Positions 9,167 to 23,300 are shown, counted from the first letter of the stretch. The stretch is DNA of 64,000 bases from Gemmatimonadota bacterium (GCA_035464655.1 DATHRZ010000102.1:18894-82893); one strand, 5' to 3'. The notes: generated by a model not told the origin, from the sequence alone. A program made the numbers and translations.

Positions 9167-10194
9167 TCAGTAGCCCCGCTTTCGGTCAACGAGGTTGACC
9201 AGCTCTTCCCCTCGAAGGTATCGCCCGAGGTTGTCGGCCATCAGGTCCGACTGTCGCTCCCAGAAGCGCGGAGACACCGAACCGGCGTGCGGCGTGGCGA
9301 GCAGGTTCGGCAGCTCGAGCAGCGGACTGTCGGCGCGCAAGGGCTCGGTCGCGAACACATCCAGGGCCGCCCCTCGCAGCGTCCCGCGCTTCAGGGCGTC
9401 GACGAGTGCCGCTTCGTCCACCAGGCTGCCGCGCGCCAGGTTGAGCAGCACGCAATCCTCGCGCAGGCCGGCCAGCATCCGGCGGTCGACCAGCGATTCG
9501 GTCTCCGACGTCTCGGGCAGCGACAGTACGACATAGTGCGCATCGGCCACGGCGTCGGCGAGGCCGTCGGGACCGAACACCCGGTCGACCTCGTCGCTCC
9601 CCGGCCGGTCGGGCCGGGCGCGCACGGCCGTGACACGCATGCCGAGCGCGTGCGCCCTGCGGCCGATCTCGGCGCCGATCCCGCCGTATCCGACGATCGT
9701 CAGGTTGCTGCCGCCGAGCTCGCGGAGCGGATGCCCGTGCGCCGCCAGGGCGTCGTAGGGCCACGGGTCGTTGCTCCGATTCACGATGTCGAACCCGCGG
9801 GCGAAGTACAGCATCGCCCCGATCGCCCATTCGGCCAGCGGCGGCCCGTAGATGCCCGCAGAGTTCGTGAACAGGAGATCGTCCCGGCCGAGCCCCGCCA
9901 GCGTCGAGCGAACCCCCGCAGCCGCCGAATGCACCCACTGCAGCTCGGCTCCGTGGCGCACGACGTCGGCCGGCACCCCGAACCCGAAGTAAATCTCGGC
10001 CCCCTCGACGGCTGCCAGCACCTCAGATGGCACCTCGGTCGCTCCGTCACCGGCGGCGTCGGCGTCGACCTCCACCGACTCGACGTCCCAGTTCGGACCG
10101 GCGATGTCGCCCAGGCGGCGGAGGGTGTCGGCCGGGATCGACCAGGTCGGGTAGCGGCTGGAATGAATCCATACGACGAGCCGGCGGTGTGCCA
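9167..10194 (-). CDS. D-isomer-specific 2-hydroxyacid dehydrogenase family protein
   Basis: TIVGYGGIGAEIGRRAHALGMRV NAD-binding motif and catalytic His region. Start at ATG 10194 (MAHRRLVVW), not the 640-aa ORF start. Confidence 0.85.
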
Positions 10195-10209
10195 TCGGAC
10201 CGACCTCGC

Positions 10210-11205
10210 TCAGGAGGGACGCCCGAGGCCCATGCGGGCCCGGACTTCCGACATCGTCTCGCCGGCGACGCGGCGCGCCGTCGCCGCACCGTCCGCGAGA
10301 ATCGTCCACACGCGCTCGGGATCGGCCCGCAACTCGTCCGCCCGTTCGCGAATCGGCGCCAGGTAGTCGGCCAGGTTCTCGGCGAGGCGCCCCTTGCACT
10401 CCACGCAGCCGATCCCGGCCGTCTGGCAGAGGATCTCGATGTCCTGGCGCTCTTCGATCGGCGTCACGTGCCCGTGCAGGTCGAACACGTTGCACACGTG
10501 AGGGTTGCCCGGGTCGTCCTTGCGCACGCGAGCGGGGTCGGTGACCGCCGTCCGGACGGTGGCGCGCAACTCGTCGGGCTCGGCCAGGAGCGGGATCGCG
10601 TTCCCCTTCGACTTCGACATCTTCGCCACCCCGTCGAGGCCGAGAATCCGGGCCCCGACCGTGAGCAGGGGCTTCGGCTCGGGAAAGTACTCGCCGAACC
10701 GGCTGTTCCAGCGCCGCGCAACCTCGCGCGTCAGCTCGAGATGCTGCTGCTGATCGGCCCCCACCGGCACGTGCGCCGCCCGATACAGCAGAATGTCCGC
10801 CGCCTGGAGGATCGGGTAGGTCAGCAACCCCGCGTTCACGGCCCCGAACTGGTCGGACTTGTCCTTGAACTGCGTCATCCGGTGGAGCTCGCCGAGCGGC
10901 GTCACGGCGCTGAGCAGCCACTGGAGCTCGGCGTGCTGGGGCACGTCGGACTGCACGAACAGGGTGCAGCGCTCCGGATCGAGCCCGCTCGCCAGCAACC
11001 CCACGGCGAGGTCGAACACACGCCCCGTCATCTCCGTCGGCTCGTAAGGGATCGTTACGGCATGCAGATCGACGATGCAGTAAAAGCAATCGTATTCGTC
11101 GATCAGCCGTACCCAGTTCTGCACGGCACCCAGGTAGTTGCCGAGATGCAGCTCGCCGGAAGGCTGGATGCCGCTCAGAATTCGGGGTTTACGCTGGGTC
11201 ATCAC
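10210..11205 (-). CDS. trpS: tryptophan--tRNA ligase
   Basis: SGIQPSGELHLGNYLGA (HIGH-type) and KMSKS motifs; GTG start at 11205. Confidence 0.9.
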   Translation of the reverse strand: MMTQRKPRILSGIQPSGELHLGNYLGAVQNWVRLIDEYDCFYCIVDLHAVTIPYEPTEMTGRVFDLAVGLLASGLDPERCTLFVQSDVPQHAELQWLLSAVTPLGELHRMTQFKDKSDQFGAVNAGLLTYPILQAADILLYRAAHVPVGADQQQHLELTREVARRWNSRFGEYFPEPKPLLTVGARILGLDGVAKMSKSKGNAIPLLAEPDELRATVRTAVTDPARVRKDDPGNPHVCNVFDLHGHVTPIEERQDIEILCQTAGIGCVECKGRLAENLADYLAPIRERADELRADPERVWTILADGAATARRVAGETMSEVRARMGLGRPS

Positions 11206-11832
11206 GGTCGGTTTGCGGTGGTCGGGGCCGGCTGTTCGACACCGGATCCAGGCTTCGCGGCAGGCCGCTTGAAGGTAGTCGCGACCCGGGAGACGGGCAA
11301 CAACGGACGGCAGCGGACGGCGGGGTGGCGGGGCGCGATCGGCGGAACTGGGGGACTGGCGCCGCGCGGCGGCGTGGCCCGGCGGCGTCCGGCGGTGTGG
11401 CCGTTGTGGCGGCGCCCGGCGGCCGAGACCCGGGGCGTGGCTCAGCGGCGTCCGGCGGCGCTCAGCGGCCGATGCCTGGAGCGCGTCATCGTGGCATCAA
11501 CGGTCCATCAAGAATCCGGCCGCGGCGCTCGCGGGCCGGCACGACGCGCTCGGCATCCCCATCGACCCCTGGACCGCCACCCCCGAGTGGGAGGGCGACC
11601 GGCTCGACCTCGACTGGGCCCTGTTCACCCTCCGGTAGCGGGGGCGGCCACGTTCCGGTCGCGGGCGGGTGATGCTCGGGGTAGGCGACGGGGGACAGGC
11701 GGCGTCTCCGCGGAGACGCCGGCCGGCGCGACATGTCTCCCCCGGGGGTAGCCGCATACCTTCCCCTTCGCTCGCGCGAAGTTTGGCAAGCGAGCGCGCC
11801 GAACGATCGTACCGCACGTCTTTCACGCACGG

Positions 11833-12729
11833 GTGAACATCATGTCCGACCTCTCTGACCTTCTGGCGGCCGCCCGGCGGGCGGCCGAAGCCGCAGCGGA
11901 TGTCCACCGCGCAGCGGCCGGACGGGTCGATCCCACGCGCTGGCAGGAGAAGGGCCGCTCCGACTTCGTCACGGAGGTCGACCTCGAGGCGGAGCGGACA
12001 ATCGTCGGCATCCTGCTCGACACCTTCCCGGAGCACCGGATCCTCGCGGAGGAGAGCGCGGGCGACGCGCCAGACGCAGCATCGGACCTCGCACCGGAAG
12101 CGGCACTGGAAGCCGCCTCCTCCTCCGCCCCCGTCCGCTGGATCATCGACCCGCTGGACGGCACGACGAACTGGCTGCACGGCTACCCGGAGTACGCCGT
12201 GTCGATCGCGGCGGAGGACGAAGCTGGCCTGGCGGCCGCCGTCGTGTTGAACTCCGCGACGGGCGAGTGCTTCGAGGCCACACGGGGCGGGGGCGCCCGG
12301 CTCGACGGGGGACCGATCCGGGTGTCGGCGCTGGAGGAGCTCCGCCTCGCGCTCGTCGGCACCGGGTTCCCGTTCAAACGACTTGAGACCCTGCCGGCCT
12401 ACCTCGAGACGTTCAGCACCGTGCTGAGGACGACATCGGGGATCCGGCGGGCTGGCTCGGCGGCGCTCGACCTGTGCGACGTGGCGTGCGGGCGGCTCGA
12501 CGCGTTCTTCGAGTTCCACCTCATGCCGTGGGACGTGGCGGCGGGGGCGCTGATCGTGCAGGAAGCAGGCGGCTGGTTCGAGCCGCTGGCCGTGCCGGGG
12601 CTCGAGGCCGAGGGGGCCGGCTCGCCCGTCGCGTCGCTGCCGACGGGCGGCTACGTGGCCGGCGGCCCCGGGGTTCGGACCGCCTTTCTGGGGCTGATGC
12701 CACTCGGGTCGACGGCGGCGAACGGCTGA
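11833..12729 (+). CDS. inositol monophosphatase family protein
   Basis: WIIDPLDGTTNWLHGYPEYAVSIA and ALDLCDVACGRLDAFFE motifs of the IMPase/SuhB family. Confidence 0.85.
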   Translation: MNIMSDLSDLLAAARRAAEAAADVHRAAAGRVDPTRWQEKGRSDFVTEVDLEAERTIVGILLDTFPEHRILAEESAGDAPDAASDLAPEAALEAASSSAPVRWIIDPLDGTTNWLHGYPEYAVSIAAEDEAGLAAAVVLNSATGECFEATRGGGARLDGGPIRVSALEELRLALVGTGFPFKRLETLPAYLETFSTVLRTTSGIRRAGSAALDLCDVACGRLDAFFEFHLMPWDVAAGALIVQEAGGWFEPLAVPGLEAEGAGSPVASLPTGGYVAGGPGVRTAFLGLMPLGSTAANG

Positions 12730-12742
12730 GCGAACTTCCGGC

Positions 12743-13576
12743 TCAGGCCGAGTCGGCTTCCTCGTCCTCCGCGCCCATCTCGTCGGCCGTCGCATCGTCG
12801 GCGCTCAGGTCCTCCTCGATCGCCTCGATATCGGCGTCGACGACCTTGAGGCCCGAGTTGCCCTCGAGCGCCTTCGGCTCGTCGGCCTCGGCGGGCCCGA
12901 GCAGGCCCATGTCGCGCTTCAGGGCGAGCAGGCGGTCTTCGACGTCGGCGTCGCTGTCGGACTCGAGCATCACGAACTCGCGGCTCAGGTCGTCGCCCTC
13001 GAGCTCCTCGGTGACCTCGGCGGCCGCGATCGCATGGCGCTCGGTCTCCTCGATCTTCTCGACCATCTGGTCGAACGCCCGGAACGCGCTCTTGTCCTGT
13101 AGCCCGGCCATCGTGTCGTGGATTCGCCGCTGGGCCTGGGCGCGCTTCTGCTTGGCGATCAGGAGGTTCTTCTTGCGCTTCGCCTCCTCGATCTTCGCAT
13201 TGAGCTGGCGCAACGAGTCCTTGAGCCGCTCGGTCTCCTCGCGGTGCTTGACCCATTGCTCTTCCAACTCGCCCGCGTTGCTCGCGTGCTCCTGCCCGCG
13301 GATCAGCGCCTGCTTCGCCAGGTCGTCGCGGCCCTCGCGCACCGCGAGGCGCGCCCGGCGTTCCCATTCTCTCGCCTGCTTGCGCTCGTCTTCGACCTGC
13401 ATACGCAGTTTGCGCTCGTCGGCGATCGCCACGGCCACTTCCTGCTTGGCCTGGGCGAGCTGCTTGCGCATGTCCTCGATGACCTGCACGAGCATCTTCT
13501 CGGGGTTCTCGGCCTTGGCGATCAGATCGTTGATATTCGATCGCAGAAGCCGGGAGAGCCTATCGAACAGTCCCAT
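12743..13576 (-). CDS. pspA: PspA/IM30 (Vipp1) family protein
   Basis: MGLFDRLSRLLRSNINDLIAKAENPEKMLVQVIEDMRKQL is a canonical PspA N-terminus; coiled-coil throughout. Start at ATG 13576, not the overextended 410-aa ORF. Confidence 0.85.
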   Translation of the reverse strand: MGLFDRLSRLLRSNINDLIAKAENPEKMLVQVIEDMRKQLAQAKQEVAVAIADERKLRMQVEDERKQAREWERRARLAVREGRDDLAKQALIRGQEHASNAGELEEQWVKHREETERLKDSLRQLNAKIEEAKRKKNLLIAKQKRAQAQRRIHDTMAGLQDKSAFRAFDQMVEKIEETERHAIAAAEVTEELEGDDLSREFVMLESDSDADVEDRLLALKRDMGLLGPAEADEPKALEGNSGLKVVDADIEAIEEDLSADDATADEMGAEDEEADSA

Positions 13577-13581
13577 GTGAA

Positions 13582-13965
13582 TCAGCCCGGTGTGAGTTGG
13601 TCTTTGTGCGATGAGAGGGCGAGCGACAGGCTCTCGAGTGACGCCTGGAACTCCGTGAAGTCCAGGTTTTCGAGTTCCAGGGCGTCGCTGAGCACGATCT
13701 CGCCGTCCTCGAGGCCGTAAGCGCCGTGAACCAGGTCGCTCGCGTTCAGCTCGAGAAGACGCTTGTATACCGCCAGTCGGTCGGCGTCGTTGTCGGGCTC
13801 CGGAAGCACGGCGGACCGGAGGATCACGAGTGGCGGCGAGTAGCTCAGCACGATCGACGAGCGACCGCTGCGATCGGGATCCACGATCCACAGGCTCTCG
13901 CCGATCTCCTCGAAATCCAGCTCCATGCGGATCATGAAACTCTCGAAGTCTTCTCGACTGATCAT
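13582..13965 (-). CDS. YbjN-like domain protein (PspA-associated)
   Basis: Acidic 127-aa protein (MISREDFESFMIRMELDFEEIGESLWIVDP...) resembling YbjN/putative sensory-transduction-regulator fold. 6 nt upstream of pspA. Family assignment from memory, not searched. Confidence 0.5.
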   Translation of the reverse strand: MISREDFESFMIRMELDFEEIGESLWIVDPDRSGRSSIVLSYSPPLVILRSAVLPEPDNDADRLAVYKRLLELNASDLVHGAYGLEDGEIVLSDALELENLDFTEFQASLESLSLALSSHKDQLTPG

Positions 13966-14234
13966 CCGATTTCATCCTCGGGTTCGGCGGTGCGCGCGGT
14001 ATCCGGGGCCGCCTCCAGCAGCCGCGTCAGAAACTCGTGCTTCTCCGCCAGTTCTTGCACCTCGTCGCCCAGGAGCAGCAAGCGCTCCTCGAGCTGCTCG
14101 AGGCGGCGTGCAGCCTCGTCGTCCGATTCCAGCGGCGGACGCGATGCCCGCGACTCGATGGCGTTGGCGATCGAGTGCGCGAGCGGCGACAGTACGAACA
14201 CGATCACCAGCACGATGAGGATCCAGCCGGGCAT
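13962..14234 (-). CDS. small membrane protein, PspB-like (N-terminal TM helix plus coiled-coil)
   Basis: 91 aa: MPGWILIVLVIVFVLSPLAHSIANAI then RRLEQLEERLLLLGDEVQELAEKHEFLTRLLE. Architecture matches PspB. Hidden inside an 828-aa antisense artefact ORF. Overlaps the ybjN-like start by 4 nt. Confidence 0.45.
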   Translation of the reverse strand: MPGWILIVLVIVFVLSPLAHSIANAIESRASRPPLESDDEAARRLEQLEERLLLLGDEVQELAEKHEFLTRLLEAAPDTARTAEPEDEIG

Positions 14235-14413
14235 CGGTAGTCGCTGTCTCCGTGGTTGTGTTCGCTTCCGCCGGGGTTCTCTACGCGGCGGCGCCCCGGA
14301 TAGTTTCGGGGCCGGCCGCCCCGGCAGCGTCGGCCGCACCGGCGGTACGTCCGGCGCCGGACCGTACGGTAACCTGAATCGCTCCGTGTTCCAAGTCGGG
14401 CGCCACGTGGGCT

Positions 14414-17259
<2,846 letters not shown>

Positions 17260-17263
<4 letters not shown>

Positions 17264-18495
17264 GCCGTCGCCTCGCCCCGCCACAGGTCGGGCAGGGTTT
17301 CACGTTCGCGGATCACTCTGAAGCCGGCCGGATCGAATGCCGGATCGAGCAGGACCTCGGCGGGCCGCGGCCGCGAGTTGTAGTTCGAGGCCATGACGAA
17401 TCCGTAGGCGCCCACGTCGCGCACGATCAGCAGGTCGCCGGGGCTCACGTCGTGCAGCGCGCGCCCGGTGCCGAGCACGTCGCCCGACTCGCAGGTGGGA
17501 CCGAGCACGTCGACCGTCGGAGCGCCCGAGCCGGCGGCCCCGCGCACCGGCTCGATGCGATGCTGGGCCCCATACAGCGCGTAGCGACCGAAGTCGGTGA
17601 AGCCGGCGTCGCACACGACGGCGGGCGCTCCGCCGCGCTCGCGTCGATACAGCACCCGCGTGAGCAGGACGCCCGAGCGGGCCGTGATCGATCGACCCGG
17701 CTCGAATCGCGAGGCGAGTCCGGTGCCCTCGAGGCGCTCGTCCACCCGGCGCACCAGCTCGGCGGGAGCGGGAGAGGCGTCCGAGGCGTAATCGACGCCC
17801 AGCCCACCGCCGAGGTCGAGCTCGCGCACCGGCGCGTCCGTCGCGCCCAGCGTCTCGACCAGCTCGAGCAGCACGTCGAGAGCGCGCGCCCACGGATCGA
17901 GGCCCTCGATGCCCGATCCCAGGTGCACGGCCAGCACCTCGGGCTCGAGGCCGTCGGTCGCCGCCAGGCGTGCCCACACGCCGGGAACCTCGTCGGAACC
18001 GTAGCCGAACTTCGCATCGATGCGGCCGGTTTCGAGCGACGGGTGCGCGCCGGCCACGATACCCGGCCGCACCCGCACGCCGACCCGTGTCGGACGATCG
18101 GGGCGCGCCGCTTCCACGGCCGCCTCGACCTCGTGGTCGGCCTGCAGCACGACGAGGGCGAGCCCGAGTCCGACGGCGTCGCGCACGTCGCCCGACGCCT
18201 TCGGCACGCCCCCCACCAGGATCCGTCCGGGCGGGAAGCCGGACTCCTCGGCCCGGGCGCGTTCGCCGGGCGTCGCCACCTCGATGCCGATGCCGGTTCG
18301 CTCCAGCCGGCCGAGCACGCCGAGGTTGGTGTTCGCCTTGGCCGCGAAGTACACGCGACGGGGATCGCCGGCGGCCCGGATCCAGCGCCCCGCCGCCTCG
18401 TCGAGCAACGGCCCGGAGTAGACGTACGTCGGCGTGCCCACCGAATCTGCGATCGCCTCGAGCACCCCGGCGTCGAACGCGCCCCGACCACTCAT
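17260..18495 (-). CDS. lysA: diaminopimelate decarboxylase
   Basis: PLP fold-III decarboxylase motifs (YFAAKAN, EPGRSI, CESGD). Confidence 0.9.
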
Positions 18496-19451
18496 CTCGG
18501 CACCAGGATGCGGCCCGCGAGCGGCTGAATCTCTGCCTCGATCGGCGTCATGCCACGCACCTCTCCGTCGACCTGCACGGCGACGGCCGGGTCCGACTCG
18601 ATGCGGACCGACTTCGCCTGCAGAAAGAACATTCGCTCGTCACCCGCATACTTCTTCGTCGCCATTCGCCACAGCATGCCCGCCATGTCGGGCAGGTGGC
18701 GCGGCGCGAACACGCCCACGTCGAGCAGGCCGTCCTGGAAATCGGAGCGCGGCGCGATCTGCACTTCGACGGGAAGCGAACCCGCGCCGATCAGCCCGGC
18801 ATTGGCCAGCAACACCATGGCCGCCTGAACCTCGATGACCTCGCCGTCGGCGACGATCCGGTACTTCGCGCTCTTGCCCGCGATCGCCTGCTTGAGACCC
18901 GAGTAGAAGTAGGCCAGCACGCCGATCCGGTGCTTGAGCTCCGTCGTGGCGCCGGCCATGACGTCGGCGTCGAGACCGGCACCGGCGACGAGCGCGAAGT
19001 AGTCGCTGCCGATCTTGCCGAGATCGATCTCCTCGGGTCGGCCCTCGACGGCAACGCGAATCGCGTCCTCCAGCGAGTCGGGAATCCCGAAGTTGAGCGC
19101 GAGCTGATTGCCCGTTCCGAACGGCAGGATCGCGACCGGCGTACCGCTCCCCGCCACGCCGCGCAGCGCGAGGGCGATCGTGCCGTCGCCGCCGGCCGCC
19201 ACCACAGCGCGGTAGCCGAGCTCGACGGCCCGGTTGACGACGCCGAGCGCCTCCGGCTCGGTCTGGGTCTCGACGATGTCGAACGCCACGCCGTGCATCG
19301 CCATCGTCCCGGCGATCCGGCGGCGGAGCTGCGCCGGCTGCACGCCCGCCGCCTTCGGGTTGAGAAGCACGAGAAAGCGCTCGGAGTTGGGGATGATCGG
19401 AAGATCAGACACCCGTGCGCGCCATCTCCTCGAGTCGTTCGACACGCTCAC
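18492..19451 (-). CDS. diacylglycerol kinase catalytic-domain family lipid kinase
   Basis: RFLVLLNPKAAG...GGDGT...GTGN motifs of the DAGK_cat/YegS family. An alternative GTG start at 19412 would avoid a 47-nt overlap with htpX. Confidence 0.8.
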   Translation of the reverse strand: MSVSNDSRRWRARVSDLPIIPNSERFLVLLNPKAAGVQPAQLRRRIAGTMAMHGVAFDIVETQTEPEALGVVNRAVELGYRAVVAAGGDGTIALALRGVAGSGTPVAILPFGTGNQLALNFGIPDSLEDAIRVAVEGRPEEIDLGKIGSDYFALVAGAGLDADVMAGATTELKHRIGVLAYFYSGLKQAIAGKSAKYRIVADGEVIEVQAAMVLLANAGLIGAGSLPVEVQIAPRSDFQDGLLDVGVFAPRHLPDMAGMLWRMATKKYAGDERMFFLQAKSVRIESDPAVAVQVDGEVRGMTPIEAEIQPLAGRILVPR

Positions 19452-20235
19452 CGGTCGGCGGGTGCGTGCTGAACAGCTTTGCGAATCCCCCGCCCGCCAG
19501 CGGATTCACGATGCACAGGTGCGACGCGGCCGGATTCACCTCCATCGGGATGCGTCGCGCGCCGGCTTCGAGCCGCTGCAGCGCCGTCGCAAGGCCACGT
19601 GGATTGCCCGAGATGTCGGCGCCGACCCGGTCGGCCCGGAACTCCCCGGCCCGGCTGATCGCCATCTGCACGAGCACGGCGGCGAGCGGGGCCAGCACGA
19701 GCATCAAGACCATGCCGATCACACCGCCGCGATCGCGGTTTCCTCCGAACAGGAACCCGAAGCGCGCCAGGAAGACGATCGCGGCCCCCAGCGTGGCGGC
19801 GATCGTGCCGATCAGCATGTCGCGATTCTTGATGTGCGCGAGCTCGTGAGCGATCACCCCCTCGAGCTCGGGCTCGTCGAGAATCTTGAGGATGCCCTCG
19901 GTCACACAGACGACGGCCTTCTCGGGGCTGCGCCCCGTGGCGAAGGCGTTCGGCTGCTCCGACGGGGCCAGCGCGAGTGTCGGCATAGGCAGATCGGCCC
20001 TGCGCCGCAGCCGATCGACCATCTCATACAGGCGCGGGGCGTCCTCCCGCGCGAGCGGGCGGGCCCGGTACATCTTCAGCACGATGCGGTCGCTGAACCA
20101 GTAGCTGCCGAAGTTGAGCAGGGCCGCGACCCCGAAGGCCGGGAGCATCATCGAGCGCCCGCCCAGCAGGCCGGCGACGGCGACGAACAGGGCCGTCAGC
20201 AAGGCCATCAATCCGAACGTTTTTGCGTAGTTCAT
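19405..20235 (-). CDS. htpX: zinc metalloprotease HtpX (M48)
   Basis: HELAHIKNRD (HExxH), multiple TM segments, HtpX-like N-terminus. Confidence 0.9.
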   Translation of the reverse strand: MNYAKTFGLMALLTALFVAVAGLLGGRSMMLPAFGVAALLNFGSYWFSDRIVLKMYRARPLAREDAPRLYEMVDRLRRRADLPMPTLALAPSEQPNAFATGRSPEKAVVCVTEGILKILDEPELEGVIAHELAHIKNRDMLIGTIAATLGAAIVFLARFGFLFGGNRDRGGVIGMVLMLVLAPLAAVLVQMAISRAGEFRADRVGADISGNPRGLATALQRLEAGARRIPMEVNPAASHLCIVNPLAGGGFAKLFSTHPPTGERVERLEEMARTGV

Positions 20236-20320
20236 CGGACCTCCCGTGTGACTCGACGCGAACCCGTAAGATACGGGCTCGAGGCGTGCGGGTCACGCAT
20301 GCCGGTCCGCGGCGCGAAGA

Positions 20321-23300
20321 TCACCAGTTCCACTGCCGGAACAGCATCATCCGCCACGTCCGGTTGCTGAACGCGTTGAGGCTCGTGCCGAAGGCGGAGT
20401 AGCGCCGCGCCCGGTCCTCGGTGCTGAACTCGAGGCGATAATCGGGAAGAAACGTCCATTCGACGGCCGCCCCGGGCAGCAGGCCCCCGAGGGGCTGTGT
20501 GGCCGACAGGAAGAGGTCCGACGTCAGGTAGCGCCCGATCTCGACCTCCGTCCCGTACAGCAGTCCCCCCGTGGACGTCCCGCCGAGGCCGTTTCCCCCA
20601 CCCGTCGATCGGATGTCGAGGTAATCGATCAGCCCCACTCCGCTCACCAGCACCTGGGAGAACTGGCTGCCGACCTGGCCGATGAGCCCCTCGCGCAGGA
20701 CCGAAGCCGCCACGTCGCTGCCGGCGGCACCGGCGCCGAGGCACGGGCTCGCGAACAACAGGTAGCAGATCCGTTCGGAGTTGGGCAGTGGTGGGCTGCT
20801 GCTCGTCGTCATCCTCGGGTTCAGCGCGGTTCCGCCGACGTGGACCGTGATCTCGACGGGCCCGATCTCGGAACGGGTGCGGAACACCGCCTCGACGTCG
20901 AGATTCGGGTCCATGCCGGGCGAGCCCACGAAGGTGATCGTCCCCCGACTCACCTGGAGCTGGCGCGACAGGATGCTGGTGATGTCGGTGCTCTGACCCA
21001 TGCTGTAGCGGAACGAGCCGCGTGGCAGCCGCACTGTGCCGAACGCCACCATCTCGCCACTCGGTTGCGTCATGGCCACGTCGAGCGTTCCCGCCAGCTC
21101 GACCTCGATGGCATCCGAGCGGAGCCACAGATCGGGCCCGACCACGATCTCGGCATCCATCCGGAGGTTCTCGGTGAACGGGTTGCGCGCCGTCGCGAAC
21201 AACCGCTGCTCCATGACCACCGTCGTGTCGATCAGGTTGTAGATGGCCGGGTCGGACAGGTCGACCGCCTGCTGCTGCCGCATGAACCGATCGGCCCGGA
21301 TGTCGCCCTCGGAAAGCCGGAATCGTCCGGTCAGCTCGGGCTCGCGAAACCGGCCCGTCAGCTCGCCGCTCCCGTCCACCCGGACGTTCGCCATTCGCCG
21401 ATCGATGCCCCGGAAACCGGAGGCCGAGAACTCGAGGTTGAAACCGACGTCGCTGAGATCCGCGAGCTCGAGCGTTCCCCCGACATCGGCGCTGCCGCCC
21501 GCCGACGAACGAATGCTCAGCGTGTCGATCCGGGCTTGCGAGCCCGCGTACACCAGCCTGCCCTCGATGCCCACGAGGCGCACGCCGAGCCGTGGCACGA
21601 ACATCGCCGCCCGGTGAAGCTGCGTGTCGCCCTCGAAGCGCAGCGCCGACGGCTCCCCGGTCACCAGGATCCGGCCGCGCGCATACCCCGACACGTCACG
21701 AATCGCCTCGATCCCGATCTCGAGAGCGTCGAGCGGCATGCTGTCGACCACGATGTCGAGGTTCAGGGCGTCGTCGAGCAGTCTCCGCTCGACGTCGCGC
21801 AGGGCGAGGTCGGCGCGCACATAACCGTCGACGCGGCCGAGCTCGAGACCCGATGCGTTGATCGCGGCCCCGATCGTCAAGCGCTCGCCGGCATAGCCCA
21901 GGTCGGCCGTCAGCGCGTCGTAACCGAGGCCGGCGACCGAGGGATCGGCGATGTCGAGGTGGCCCTCCCACGTCGGCTCGGCGGCGGTGCCCCGAATCGT
22001 CATGCCGAACGTCAGGCCGCCAGCGATGTCGTGCGGGTTGCCGACCAGCTCGAGCAGGTTCTCCAGACGCACGCCCCGCACGGCGACGTCGAAGTGGGCT
22101 TCCCCCGCGTCCGGCACGATCCCCCCGAAATCGATGGACGCTCCGTCCGACGACACGAGGGCGAACTCCTCGGCTACGAAGCCCGCCGAATCGCTTCCGA
22201 TACGGACGGTATCGCGAAGCGCGAGGCGGCGGGACCCGAACTGCAGATCGAGCCGGTCGAGCCGCACCCGCTGCACGGCATCCGACCACTCGATCTCGGC
22301 GTTCGCATCGAGCGACACGGTCGTGTCGCGCCGAACGCCGAGGGCCAGGCTGCTGTGCAGGGAATCTCGCCGCTCCCAGCGAAGATCGAGCGCGTCGAAG
22401 TCCCGGCCGAACACGACCAGATCGGTGGCCGCGGCGCGAACCGTGACGGTGTCGAACGACAGCGGATCGGGAACGTCGACCGTCAGGTGCAGGGAATCGG
22501 CGGAGTGTCCGCCGTACTCGAACTGCCGTAGGTGCGCCCGACCACCCAGCGAGAATCGGTCGACGTTTCCGTACACGACGCCGAGCGCCGTCGCGCTTCC
22601 CGCAAGCGTGTCCGGCAGCGCCTCCGGCGTCCGGGCCGGGGGGGCCGTGTCCGACGGAGCGGCGTCCGCGCCGAACTGCGCGAACAGATCCGTCACGTCG
22701 TCCGGCTCGCGCACCGGATTGCGCTCCGGCACGATCCAGTCGTTCCAGCGGGCCAGATAGGGAATCGCGACGTCGAGGATCAGCGAACCGCTTCGATCCG
22801 CCGTCAGTCCGAACGAACCGCGACCGTCCACGTTGCCCGCCTCGGTGCGCAGGGCGAACGTGTCGGCCACAGCCAGTCCCTCCGACAGGGTGAAGCGCAC
22901 GATGCTGCTGTCGACCCGCGCGCCCTCGACGCGCGACGGCAGGACCACCAGGTCGAAGCGCGCGCGCAGGCTGCCGGGATCGGTGCCGACGCCCACGACG
23001 CGGCCCTCCACGGCGAGCTGCGTCTCCGGCCCGCCTTCGAACCACTGGTCGAGCTGAATGTCCCGCGCGAGGAGCTCCGCGTCGTACGTCTTCTCCTCCG
23101 CCTCGAGGTCGAACATCCCATCGAAGGTCACCTGGCCCCGTGGCGTCTGAAAGTCGGCCGCGACCCGCAACTCGTCGAAGCGCCCGCGGGCCGACATCGG
23201 CCCGCGCACGCTCGCTCGCAAAACGTCTTCGAGCTCGAGGTCGGGCGCCCACGGCGCCAGTGCCCGCACGGCAAGCGGGTCGAAGTCGAACTCCACGTCG

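Noticed and set aside
11206-11600. Possible T-box leader upstream of trpS
   Set aside because: No AATTAGGGTGGNACCGCG-like T-box sequence or specifier-loop arrangement within 300 nt of the trpS start. Only a weak GGGUGGCGG far upstream.
14235-14413. Sigma-54 promoter for the psp cluster
   Set aside because: The best candidate TGGAAC-N5-GCGA has GG-N8-GC spacing instead of the GG-N10-GC required for sigma-54 -24/-12 elements.
20235-20321. Hairpin CCCGUA-UCU-UACGGG after tamB as an intrinsic terminator
   Set aside because: Short 6-bp stem and no U-tract downstream. Likely weak or non-functional. htpX may be co-transcribed.
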